Shown here: positions 45,909-57,476 of the stretch, in pieces
Numbering within the stretch: position 1 is the first letter of the stretch
Layout of the letters: each line of letters starts with the position of its first letter
Assembly: GCA_913045445.1 (NCBI GenBank)
Contig: CAJWQP010000001.1
Location: forward strand, 7,397-71,396
Source of the DNA: an uncultured Nitrospina sp.
GTDB taxonomy: Bacteria; Nitrospinota; Nitrospinia; Nitrospinales; VA-1
DNA: 64,000 nt
Reading direction: 5' to 3'
Translations under genes and position numbers: made by a program
Notes under the pieces: model-generated
Told to the model about the DNA's origin: nothing
What the model saw: only the letters and a program-made list of their open reading frames with translations
Database searches by the model: none

Positions 45909-46361
45909 TCACCCGGACCACAAGAGGGAATTACGCAGGCCCATATCGGTGCTACGGAGGCGAACGCATAAGATACTTCCAGTATTTTTCATTACCACTA
46001 CTCCTATACGGGGTTTCTGTTTAAACAGGCTCAGTATGTCTTCCCGGCAAAACTCCAGGCCCCTGGGTTTTGATATAGTACGGGCAGTCGCAGAACGGGG
46101 AGAATCGTCAAACAGGCAAAATTCCCAGAAAACCTCATGGTGCATAATCTTTGCCAGAGAGATAGGATCTTTTTTGACCGGGTTGGTAACAATAATTTCT
46201 ACCAGCCCTTCGAGTAGAACATAGAAACATTCTCCAGGACTGTTTTCCGCAAAAACAACTGCGTCCGCTCCAATGGTTCGCTCTTCACCCACCCATTGAA
46301 TGGTTGAGAGGTCTTCATCATTGAGTCCGGCGAACATTTTGACCTTGGATAATTCCTGCAT
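45909..46361 (-). CDS. Cyclic-nucleotide-binding domain protein
   Basis: Stand-alone cNMP-binding fold with 'FAGLNDEDL' and 'DDSPRSATART'. Confidence 0.7.
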   Translation of the reverse strand: MQELSKVKMFAGLNDEDLSTIQWVGEERTIGADAVVFAENSPGECFYVLLEGLVEIIVTNPVKKDPISLAKIMHHEVFWEFCLFDDSPRSATARTISKPRGLEFCREDILSLFKQKPRIGVVVMKNTGSILCVRLRSTDMGLRNSLLWSG

Positions 46362-46437
46362 GGCAAATTCCTTCCGCAAAAACGGTCAGTCGGTATATGA
46401 TAGGTTGCCGTATGGATATGGTGTGGCAATTATATAA

Positions 46438-48483
<2,046 letters not shown>

Positions 48484-48517
48484 ATAAACAGTAAAGGGTA
48501 AAAATCAAACACGGATG

Positions 48518-48542
48518 CCTGCCCAGGGCGAAGCATGGGGGA
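48518..48542 (+). repeat. Intergenic repeat family 1, copy D (core only)
   Basis: 'CCTGCCCAGGGCGAAGCATGGGGGA', located 35 nt after the ligA stop. Confidence 0.55.
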
Positions 48543-48637
48543 CATAGATACGCTGGTGGTTTCAATATCGGTTTTCGACCCAAAGAAGTTTTTATCCTGT
48601 AGTCCCTGCAGTGGGACCTATGAGTTCTTGTCAGGTT

Positions 48638-49420
48638 TTATTGTTTCTTCGCGTTTTGCCAGTGGTGTTCCATGTCTTCGAGGGAGGTTTCTTTGAGGGT
48701 CTTGCCTTGTTTTGCCACTTCCTGTTCTATGTGTTGAAAGCGTTTTATGAATTTGTTGTTGGTGGACCTTAGAGCCTCTTCGGCATCAATCTTTTTAAAT
48801 TTGGCGATATTGACGAGGACAAAAAGGATGTCTCCCAGTTCGCTTTGAATATCGGTATCTTTCCCTTCCAGTACGGCTGATTTAAATTCGGCGATTTCTT
48901 CATCGAGTTTGTCGAAGACATCACTTATTTCATCCCAGTCGAAACCTTCTTTCGCCGCTTTCTTTTGAAGTTTTTGTGCTTTGAGTAAACTTGGAAGCTG
49001 TTTCGGTACACTGTCGAGGATGGAGGGGTGGTTTGAGTGAGTTTTTTCTTCCTTCTTGATTTCTTCCCATCGCTCGATAACCTGGTCGGGTGTATTGATC
49101 TGTCCTTCTTTAAATACATGCGGGTGACGCCGCACCATCTTTTCTTTTAGGTTGTCAAGCACGTCCTTGATATCAAACTCATTGCTCTTGCTGGAAATCT
49201 TTGAGTGAAATAATATCTGATATAGCAGGTCACCCAGTTCGTCTTTGATTTGATCGGGATCGTTTGTGTCCAGTGCTTCCAGAACTTCATAAGTTTCTTC
49301 AACCAGATAGGGTTTCAGGGATTCCCGGGTTTGAACATTATCCCAGGGGCATCCATTTTCCCCCATAAGGGTATCTACAATTTCGATCAGTTTGCGGAAG
49401 GATTCGGTGGCGTCGCTCAT
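48638..49420 (-). CDS. mazG: Nucleoside triphosphate pyrophosphohydrolase MazG
   Basis: Tandem MazG domains with 'CPWD', 'EETYEVLEA' and 'ELGDLL' occurring twice. Confidence 0.9.
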   Translation of the reverse strand: MSDATESFRKLIEIVDTLMGENGCPWDNVQTRESLKPYLVEETYEVLEALDTNDPDQIKDELGDLLYQILFHSKISSKSNEFDIKDVLDNLKEKMVRRHPHVFKEGQINTPDQVIERWEEIKKEEKTHSNHPSILDSVPKQLPSLLKAQKLQKKAAKEGFDWDEISDVFDKLDEEIAEFKSAVLEGKDTDIQSELGDILFVLVNIAKFKKIDAEEALRSTNNKFIKRFQHIEQEVAKQGKTLKETSLEDMEHHWQNAKKQ

Positions 49421-49447
49421 GAGTGACAGGTCCTTTGGTGAATAGAA

Positions 49448-50072
49448 TTATTTCTTTTTAGCTTCGTCTTCTTCTTTAAGTTGTTCGTAGGGCAGGAATT
49501 CTTTTTGCGCTTCTTCCTCCCGCTCTTGTTCCCGATGTGTTTGCCCTATCAGTTTGGTTGGCATGTCCACTAAAGATTGCTTGAGATGTTTCATGGCTTC
49601 ATCGTAGCGTTTTTGTCTCAAGTAGAGGTCGCCCAGGTTGGCAGACACCAGATGGAATGATAATTGGACTAGATTAGCGTTTTTTTTAATATGCTTCTGC
49701 TTTTCATAATGGCCCAGTGTCATCTCCAGGTGACCAATATTGTTGAGCACCATTGGAAATGTCGGGTTGAGCGCCAGACTTTTTTTCATAAGCTTCAAGT
49801 GCTTTGTCATACTCCTTCAATTCGACATACACCATTCCTACATTGTTATGAGCGTAAAAATTTCTGGGTTCCCTGCGTGCTATTTCAAGAAGGATTTTTA
49901 AGGCCTTTTCGTTTTCTCCTTCCAGACTGAGCTTGGCGGCTTTGAACATCAAGCGGGAACTTTCCTGTTCATTTGCCAGAGCCAGGTTTGGGGTTGTCAG
50001 GATCAAGGCGAGGCCTAGCACAGGCAGTACTATTTTTCTTGAAAAATTTATGAAGATATGGAATTGAATCAT
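49448..50072 (-). pseudogene. Secreted TPR-repeat protein split by a 1-nt frameshift in an A7 run
   Basis: The N-terminal ORF (signal peptide plus TPR) and the C-terminal ORF (TPR 'LALNPTFPMVLNNIGHL') join if the A7 run at 49780-49786 is read as A6. Confidence 0.6.
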
Positions 50073-50091
50073 TGTTGCTTCTCCATGGGGG

Positions 50092-51234
50092 TTATATGAA
50101 TTCCAAGATAACAGAGTTTGCCAGGAATAGGCCTTTTTTTGAGAGACGTAGTTGGCCTTGTTCGATAGTGATCAATTCTTTTTCTTTCAGAGAGGCAATG
50201 ACATCTCCATATATCGCTCTGATGGAAGTTTGAAACCGATCTTCAAATTTCATGATGCTGATGCCTTTTAGCATTCTTAACCCCAGCATGAGAGTTTCAC
50301 CCATTGCCTGTCGGGGTCTAAGTGACTCGCTAAACTCAACCGCAGTATGTTTCTTGTTTATTTCACGGATGTAGTTTGCTGGTAGATTAGTATTTTTGGA
50401 GCGGATTCCGTTCATATAAAAAGATGCTCCTGCCCCCAGCCCCAGTGTGTTTGAGTTTTGCCAGTAGGTTATATTGTGCTTGCATTCTTTTCCCGGTCGC
50501 GCGAAGTTTGATATCTCATAGTGGTGGAATCCATTCTCTTTAAGGAAATCTATAGTTCGTTTGAATAATTCCAGCTGGTGGTCCTCATCGGGCATAACGA
50601 GTTTTCCGCTGGATTGGAGTTTTCCGAAAGAGGTTTCCTTTTCGATGGTCAGGTTGTAGGTGGACAGATGCTCAGGGTTTTTGACCAGAGCCTGGCGCAG
50701 GTTATTTTCCCACCCGTCAAGCGTCTGGTTCGGGATGGCAAACATGAGATCCAGGGAAAGGTTGCTGAATCCGGATTCCCGGGCCCGGTCAACAGTGCAA
50801 TGTATTTCTTCAACCCCGTGCGCCCGGTCGAGCAGTTTTAGTTCTTCCTCATCAAACGATTGCACTCCAATACTGATCCTATTGTATCCTGCCTGCCGAA
50901 TTGATTTCAATTGATCTGAGCCTATTGTCGCCGGATTGGCTTCAAGTGTTATTTCAGCATCCTCTGCAATGTTAAATTGTTTTTTGCATTCTTCAAGAAT
51001 TCGCGCCAATTGAGTGGCAGAGAGGGTCGTGGGTGTTCCACCGCCCAGAAAAATGCTGTTCACCGTTCCGGCAGAGGAAAACTTTTGTGAGTAATGAGTC
51101 ATTTCCTTAATCAAGGCAGAAACGTAAGTTTCCATTTCATCGCGCTTGATGGGATGCGAATTAAAATCGCAGTAACCGCATTTGTGTATGCAGTAAGGTA
51201 CATGGATGTAAAGCCCAAAGGATTGCTCGTTCAT
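50092..51234 (-). CDS. hemW: Radical SAM heme chaperone HemW (HemN-like)
   Basis: 'YIHVPYCIHKCGYCDF' (CxxxCxxC) and a HemN C-terminal domain. 380 aa. Confidence 0.9.
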   Translation of the reverse strand: MNEQSFGLYIHVPYCIHKCGYCDFNSHPIKRDEMETYVSALIKEMTHYSQKFSSAGTVNSIFLGGGTPTTLSATQLARILEECKKQFNIAEDAEITLEANPATIGSDQLKSIRQAGYNRISIGVQSFDEEELKLLDRAHGVEEIHCTVDRARESGFSNLSLDLMFAIPNQTLDGWENNLRQALVKNPEHLSTYNLTIEKETSFGKLQSSGKLVMPDEDHQLELFKRTIDFLKENGFHHYEISNFARPGKECKHNITYWQNSNTLGLGAGASFYMNGIRSKNTNLPANYIREINKKHTAVEFSESLRPRQAMGETLMLGLRMLKGISIMKFEDRFQTSIRAIYGDVIASLKEKELITIEQGQLRLSKKGLFLANSVILEFI

Positions 51235-51596
51235 TTTCTCATTGTATCAGTATTGACAATTGTAAATTCATGAAATTAAATATTCGCCTACGCTGAAGGT
51301 GTGAACTATAATATAAACATAACTTATTGAGTTTATTTTGCTAAGGTGAGCCAGAAGGGGGTAGGGTTGTTAAAACCGCATGCTTGAGTAACCATTGATG
51401 TAAATCAAAAATTTTGCATAGCCGCAGTAATGAGATCATTACATGGGTAGCTGGTTAACTGGAAAAGATACAGAAGCAGTGGGTTTCTGGGATTGATTCC
51501 CCGAGACAAGTTCGGTAAGGGGTTGCCTGGGTCGAAGAGAGGCTTGAGAATAACGATGAGATTGCGAACCTGTGCCTGAGTTATCCCGAGTTTGCT

Positions 51597-52059
51597 GTGC
51601 TCTTTCTTGAATGGAGACATTCACCCAGAGTTTGCAAGGAATGGTTCGAAACCGTACACGATGCGGCGGTTTTCCTGAAAAATGTTGATTCTGAGTTGCG
51701 TATTACCGATTATCTTGCAGAAGCGGTATCGTCTGAGGGAAATTCGCATAGGGCGATGGAACTGTTCGAAGATGCTTTGGAACTGGCTGAAAAAGTAGGG
51801 CAGGATGTGATGGTTGTCAAGCTTCTTGACAAGCTGGCTCGCTATCAGTCGGGGTTGGGAAATCCCAGGCAGGCGGCAGAATATCTTGAACAATCTCTGG
51901 AAAATAAGTCTGGTGATGGAAAAAACAGGGGACATGAGGAACGCGATCAAAAATGCCGAATCCACAATGAAGATATATAAAAAATTCAATCACCCGAATA
52001 GCAGGGTTGTTGCAGGGCAACTGCAGACTTGGAAGGGCTCTATGGCCAGGACTAAATGA
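51597..52059 (+). pseudogene. TPR-like protein, apparently frameshifted/decayed
   Basis: Two overlapping frames each carry TPR-like helices, switching frame near 51900-51915. There is no convincing N-terminus, and the 360-bp upstream region is non-coding. Confidence 0.35.
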
Positions 52060-52357
52060 GAGAACTATTAATCGAGTCCGTGTTGTGAGTGCGGCTATAG
52101 ACTTTTCTTAACTTAAAGCGATTATTTTTTGCTAAATTATCCGTTAAGTTCAGGAAAGGGTATAATGGCCCAGTCTTTAATTCATGCTGACAGGGCACGG
52201 TTTTTCATTTGAAGGATTGTGCATCCAAAGCTTTTAATCAAAATACTTAAGCACTTCTTGTTATCAGCAGACCTGGGGGCTACTAAGCCGGACTTACCCG
52301 GAGTGATGCAAAAACAATGTGAAAGTCATAAAACATTAAATTACTCAGTCACTCAAA

Positions 52358-53272
52358 TTGTCATTGAAAAAGGAAGAAAAGTTTAAATCAGGTTATGCCG
52401 CGATTGTCGGCAAGCCCAATGTGGGGAAATCTACGCTCCTTAATCGGCTTGTCATGAAGAAGATTGCGGCTATCTCGAACAAACCTCAGACGACCAGAAA
52501 CAAAATTACAGGTGTGGTTCATTTTCCTGGAGGGCAGATCATCCTGCTGGATACTCCGGGAATCCATCAAGCTTCATCACAGCTCAATCGCCTTATGGTG
52601 AAGGCTTCCCTCAGTACCTATAATGATGTAGATATTATTTTGTTCGTCATCGATGCGAAGCAGGGATTTACCGAGAATGATATTTTTGTGATGGGTACGC
52701 TGGAAAATGTGAAGTCTCCGAAACTTCTTATTATTAATAAGCTGGACCTTGTGGCCAAACCCGACTTGCTGGGATTAATTGCCGAAGCTAACGCGAAATC
52801 AATTTTTGATGAAATTATTCCCGTGTCGGCTCTACGCTCAGATGGCCTGGAAGATCTTGGGCATACGATTCTTGGTTACCTGCCGGAAGGTCCACAATAT
52901 TTTCCTGAGGATATGATAACGGATTGCTCTGAGGAATTTCTGGTCGAGGAAATTGTAAGAGAAAAGATCATGCAACGAACGCGTATGGAAATTCCCTATG
53001 CTGTTGCGGTAGTGGTTGAAGGAATGAGCGAGGGGCATGGAAATGTCTGGGTGATTGATGCGCTGATCATTGTTGAAAAACAATCGCAGAAAAAAATTCT
53101 GATCGGCGCAAAAGGGGCTATGCTCAAAAAACTTGGGAAGCCGGCACGGGAGGAAATTGAGAAGCGTTTTGGCTGTAAAGTGTATTTAAACCTTTTTGTG
53201 AAGGTGAAAAATAACTGGAGAGAAGATGGTCGAAGTCTCCGCGAACTTGGATATCTGCATGATTCAAATTAA
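52358..53272 (+). CDS. era: GTPase Era
   Basis: 'GKPNVGKSTLLN', 'DTPG' and 'NKLD', plus a KH domain. TTG start. Confidence 0.95.
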   Translation: MSLKKEEKFKSGYAAIVGKPNVGKSTLLNRLVMKKIAAISNKPQTTRNKITGVVHFPGGQIILLDTPGIHQASSQLNRLMVKASLSTYNDVDIILFVIDAKQGFTENDIFVMGTLENVKSPKLLIINKLDLVAKPDLLGLIAEANAKSIFDEIIPVSALRSDGLEDLGHTILGYLPEGPQYFPEDMITDCSEEFLVEEIVREKIMQRTRMEIPYAVAVVVEGMSEGHGNVWVIDALIIVEKQSQKKILIGAKGAMLKKLGKPAREEIEKRFGCKVYLNLFVKVKNNWREDGRSLRELGYLHDSN

Positions 53273-54023
53273 AACGAATGAGGATATAGAGACGATGCGC
53301 GAGTCTGCCAGACTCGCGGCGAAAGTTCTTTTGATGATCGAGCCTTATATAAAACCTGGGGTCACGACCAATCGGTTGAATGACCTTTGCCATGACTATA
53401 TTCTCTCTCATGGCGCGGTACCCTCTCCCCTGAACTATAAGGGGTTTCCCAAGAGCATCTGTTCTTCCATTAATGAGGAAATATGTCACGGCATCCCATC
53501 AGAACGAAAACTGCGTAATGGTGATGTGATCAACCTGGACATCACAACTTATCTGAATGGTTTTCACGGTGATACGAGTAAAACATTTTTTGTGGGCTCA
53601 CCACGAAAAAAAATCAGCCGTCTGGTCGAAACCTGTCGGGAGTCTTTGCAGAAGGCTATTGAAGTGGTGCGTCCGGGGGCCAGTCTGGGTGATATAGGCG
53701 CAACTATTCAAAATCTTGCTGAGTCGAGGGGCTATTCCGTTGTCCGCGAGTTCTGTGGGCACGGGATCGGACGCAGCTTTCATGAAGACCCGCAAGTCCT
53801 TCATCTTGGGAATTTTGGAGAGGGCATTGAGTTGAAAAAGGGAATGGTTTTTACCATTGAGCCGATGATAAATGAAGGGGGAGCCGCTTTAAAAGTTTTA
53901 TCCGATAAATGGACTGCAGTGACTCAGGACGGTTTGGTTTCCGCGCAATTTGAGCACACTCTTGCTGTGGTTGAAGGTGGATGCGAGGTTTTAACTCGCC
54001 TGGAAGGCCAAACCAACTTTTAA
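53259..54023 (+). CDS. map: Type I methionyl aminopeptidase
   Basis: The start 'MIQIKTNEDIE' overlaps the era 3' end. Metal ligands lie in 'DVINLDIT', 'GDTSKTF', 'FCGHGIG' and 'FTIEP'. Confidence 0.95.
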   Translation: MIQIKTNEDIETMRESARLAAKVLLMIEPYIKPGVTTNRLNDLCHDYILSHGAVPSPLNYKGFPKSICSSINEEICHGIPSERKLRNGDVINLDITTYLNGFHGDTSKTFFVGSPRKKISRLVETCRESLQKAIEVVRPGASLGDIGATIQNLAESRGYSVVREFCGHGIGRSFHEDPQVLHLGNFGEGIELKKGMVFTIEPMINEGGAALKVLSDKWTAVTQDGLVSAQFEHTLAVVEGGCEVLTRLEGQTNF

Positions 54024-54197
54024 TACTTCTCCGCCCAGCCCAGCCCTTTTCATTTTTAAGCGACAAAGATATCAATATCTTGCAGGCTTAAAATTAAAGA
54101 AATCCAAAATTGATAGGCCGTGCTTTTTTTTAAATAAAATGGTAATTCAATCTATAATGCTCATTTAAGAATCTGAAATTCAGGAGACCTTACTGCT

Positions 54198-54695
54198 ATG
54201 GCAAAGAGTTGTTCGTTTGATATTGTGTCCGAGGTGGATATGGCCGAAGTGCAAAACGCGGTTAATCAGGCTGTGATGGAAATTCGTCAGCGCTACGATT
54301 TTAAGGGGAGCAAGAGCGAGATCAAGTTGGAACCGAAGGAGTGTCAACTGGTACTTATTTCTGATGATGAGTTTAAGTTGAAGGCGGTTGTTGATATTTT
54401 GCAAGGCAAATTAGTGCGTCGCAAGGTTTCTCTCAAGGCCCTTGACTATGGCATGGTTGAACAGGCTGGGGGGAATATGGTTAGACAGGTTGTCAAGCTC
54501 CAGCAGGGCATACCACAGGATAAAGGTAAAGAGATTGTGAAGTTTTTAAAGACAGTGGGCGTTAAAGTCCAGGGGCAGATTATGGACGATCAGGTGAGGG
54601 TGAGTGGGAAAAGCAGAGATGATTTGCAGACCACCATTGCCGCACTGAAGGAAAAAGACTTTGATATAGAGATGAGTTTTAGCAATTATCGATGA
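54198..54695 (+). CDS. yajQ: YajQ-family (UPF0234) nucleotide/c-di-GMP-binding protein
   Basis: 165 aa beginning '[33 protein letters not shown]'. Confidence 0.9.
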   Translation: MAKSCSFDIVSEVDMAEVQNAVNQAVMEIRQRYDFKGSKSEIKLEPKECQLVLISDDEFKLKAVVDILQGKLVRRKVSLKALDYGMVEQAGGNMVRQVVKLQQGIPQDKGKEIVKFLKTVGVKVQGQIMDDQVRVSGKSRDDLQTTIAALKEKDFDIEMSFSNYR

Positions 54696-54835
54696 GCACC
54701 TGTTTGTTCCTGAACATCTTAGATGATTAATAGTTTTAAAGATTCTTTCATGAGTACCTAGCTTTGGGTTTGCATGGCTGTAACAGGTACTCAAGAGGTC
54801 ACGAAAAAAAATAGGTTAGCTTTGTCTTGAGGTTG

Positions 54836-55399
54836 TCATATTTGAGTCACTTGAGTTAAAACTTCTCTGACACGAAAAATGCCGCGTCCATCTATGAGAT
54901 TTTTCCCTTTCAAACTCATCGCTTCCAGTTCAGGTTTTTCCCACTCAAGAGCTTTCTTGAATTTTTCAGCATCGTAGTCAGTGCCTAATCCCAAATTAAC
55001 CACAGCCCCTGATTTTTCTACAAAGCGAGCCTTTGTTTGCTGGTGCTCTACCTGATTAATGACCAGAGCGGGAGTTCCCACGGCAATAGCCTAATGAGGC
55101 GTTACGCCCCCAGCACAAACTGCTGCATCGTGTTCCCATAAAAATTGGGCCATGTTGGTTACCGGGCCGGGGAGGCTTAATGTTTTGAATTAAGATGCGA
55201 GGTTTTTTAGCTCAGGTGCGTTGATGGAGCTGTGTCCGATAAGAATGATCAGCTTGAGTTGAGGTTTTCCCTTACTCCTTTTAACCAGAATATTGAACTC
55301 AGCCAGTATTGTGAGGTTGAGCAAAACACTCATGGTTCCCAAAAGGACCCTGTAGGGGGTATGGACCTGAGAAACAAAAGGTCTCAACGAATTTCGCAT
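54836..55399 (-). pseudogene. PseG/MurG-like glycosyltransferase-28-type remnant (C-terminal half, two in-frame stops)
   Basis: The single frame reads '...LIILIGHSS...NLAS*FKTLSLPGPVTNMAQFLWEHDAAVCAGGVTPH*AIAVGTPALVINQVEHQQ...'. The stops are TAA at 55190-55192 and TAG at 55091-55093, and the N-terminal half is missing. Confidence 0.55.
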
Positions 55400-55427
55400 T
55401 CGTCAGGAATGGGCGGGAACCGATCAA

Positions 55428-56105
55428 TCAGTCTTTTGCTGGTGTGTATTTGAACTGGCAAATGGTTCCAAGTTTTGCGAACAGGTTGGTCAGCTTCAAA
55501 TCCACATAATCCTTTCGCGCATCCCACTGAATCTTATCAAACTCGCAAGCGGTCTGGATATAATCGACTCTGCCAAAGCGGATAAAAAACTGGGCGAACC
55601 AGCACTTTTTCATTTTGAAGTTCCATTCTGTTGCATCGGCTATTTTTGTGCTGGGCATAAAATGTTCCCAAGTAAAATTATCATCAAAAGATTTTTGGCC
55701 CGCTTCAACGAATGCCTTGAACGGATTATCAGATTTTTTTTCTTCTGCGATGGCTTTATCCATGTCTGACTTCATCCAGCCACGGAGGGCCTGGGTAATA
55801 AATTTCCGGGCACGATCGATTCGGATATTGTAATCATCAAGAACATTGTGAGATGTGTACATAAACAAACCTATGATGGTCAGTCTTTGCGTTGCGGGTT
55901 CCAGCTTTTCGCCATCTTCGTAGTCCCATAGCTTGACAAATAGTTCGGAGATTTTTTCTTTATCAATGACAACCTCTTCTGTTTCCAGATGCTCCAGAAT
56001 GGGGTCTAAATGCGCCGTGGCTTTTTTAGCGAAATCGGAGTCTGCGGCTGTTGCGCTTTCTTTATTTTCAGTCATGTTCAAGTTTTCCAAGTGGATAGGT
56101 TGCAA
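55428..56105 (-). CDS. ATC-hydrolase-family (L-2-amino-thiazoline-4-carboxylate hydrolase-like) protein
   Basis: The C-terminal 'CWFAQFFIRFGRVDYIQTACEFD' resembles the PF14196 core. The call is from memory only. Confidence 0.45.
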   Translation of the reverse strand: MQPIHLENLNMTENKESATAADSDFAKKATAHLDPILEHLETEEVVIDKEKISELFVKLWDYEDGEKLEPATQRLTIIGLFMYTSHNVLDDYNIRIDRARKFITQALRGWMKSDMDKAIAEEKKSDNPFKAFVEAGQKSFDDNFTWEHFMPSTKIADATEWNFKMKKCWFAQFFIRFGRVDYIQTACEFDKIQWDARKDYVDLKLTNLFAKLGTICQFKYTPAKD

Positions 56106-56346
56106 AAAACTTTGAATGGCGGGAGATCCTGTTTCCTGACCTTACAATAGCCAATCTTGAACGCAATTGATTCGGATTTTGGTTCGGAATATCTTGACTC
56201 CACATTCTTTCAATAGTTCACAGAAAATAGCATATTGTGGGGTATCTGTTCAAGATTATTGCGGATATCCAGAATCTGGCCTCCCAGACTGGTGGGACAA
56301 AGCAATCTCGTATATAATACGGGCCAATCTCATTCTCTCTACACTA

Positions 56347-57456
56347 ATGAAACAGGATTTATTCGACATAGTAGTTATTGGGGCTGGAGTCATCGGTCAC
56401 AGCATCGCTTTCAGGCTAAAACAAAGCAAACCAGAGCTTCGCTTGGCTGTTTTGGGCGATCCGATGAGTTCGCTCATGGCATCCCGCGCCGCCGCCGGTA
56501 TGCTGGCCCCATTTTGCGAATGCGACAAAGCGGACCGCTTTTTCGGGTTTTGCAGGGAATCCCTTGAAAAATATCCGGGATTTATCGAGGAGCTATCCTC
56601 GGTGAGTGGTGTTTCCATCCATCTTTCCATGAAGGGTTCTCTCATGCCGTCTTCGTCTTTTGGCGGCGATTGGGAAGAGCAGATTCGTTTTTTTCGGGAA
56701 GAAAATATTCCTCATGAAATCTGGTCACCTGACAGGCGTCGAGAACAAGCTCCTGCTCTGGCCGACTCATGCGGTGAGGTCATCTGGGTGGGGGAAGGGC
56801 AGGTCAATAACCGGGAAATGCACGATGCTCTTGTTATGGCGTCTCAGAAACTAGGAGTGGAGATTCTGGAAAAGAATGTGACTGGATTCCTTCATGACTC
56901 CTCCACCGTTGAGGCGGCGGTTACAGATGCGGGAGAAGTTCGAGGACGTCAGTTTGTTCTTGCCTCTGGAAGCTGGTCTTCCCAGTTGGGGAATATTCTT
57001 GATGTGTCCCTGCCATTGAAGCCGATAAAGGGCCAGATGTGTCGCTTGAAACTGGAAGATGACCGGCTTGATTATACGGTCCATGGCCTGCTGACTTATA
57101 TTGCGCCCTGGAAAGGCAAAGGCTTTGTGTTGGGTTCCACTATGGAAGACAGAGGGTTTGACCCAGCGATAGAAGATGAGGCGATTCGTGACCTAATCCA
57201 TCGAGCAGCACAAGTGGTGCCTTGCCTGGAGGATGCTCCGTTGATTGAGAGTTGGGCCGGGTTTCGTCCGGCCGCTGAAGATTTGATGCCCGTGATGGGT
57301 AAGAGCTCTCGCTATGGAAATCTCTTTTACTCGACCGGACATTATCGAAATGGAATATTACAAACTCCGCATCAGGCGGATTATACAGCTGAGACAATTC
57401 TGGAAACTTTGGCCGATGAAATATCCGAATTTTCTCCACAACGTTATAATCTATAG
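56347..57456 (+). CDS. thiO: FAD-dependent glycine/D-amino-acid oxidase (ThiO-like)
   Basis: The ATG at 56347 gives 'MKQDLFDIVVIGAGVIGHSIAF', a dinucleotide-binding fold. The C-terminus 'GHYRNGILQTP' is typical of the DAO family. Confidence 0.7.
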   Translation: MKQDLFDIVVIGAGVIGHSIAFRLKQSKPELRLAVLGDPMSSLMASRAAAGMLAPFCECDKADRFFGFCRESLEKYPGFIEELSSVSGVSIHLSMKGSLMPSSSFGGDWEEQIRFFREENIPHEIWSPDRRREQAPALADSCGEVIWVGEGQVNNREMHDALVMASQKLGVEILEKNVTGFLHDSSTVEAAVTDAGEVRGRQFVLASGSWSSQLGNILDVSLPLKPIKGQMCRLKLEDDRLDYTVHGLLTYIAPWKGKGFVLGSTMEDRGFDPAIEDEAIRDLIHRAAQVVPCLEDAPLIESWAGFRPAAEDLMPVMGKSSRYGNLFYSTGHYRNGILQTPHQADYTAETILETLADEISEFSPQRYNL

Positions 57457-57476
57457 CCCACTCGCAACTACCATTC

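Noticed and set aside
49778-49790. Programmed -1 ribosomal frameshift at an 'A AAA AAG' heptamer (dnaX-like) in the split TPR gene.
   Set aside because: The heptamer is in the right phase, but a -1 shift enters a frame that terminates after about 20 codons. The downstream TPR frame needs a +1/-2 change, so a homopolymer indel is the simpler explanation.
56106-56346. TPP riboswitch upstream of the thiO-like gene.
   Set aside because: There is no CTGAGA motif, no ACCC...CTGATCTGGATAATGCCAGCG-like core, and no convincing P1-P5 pairing.
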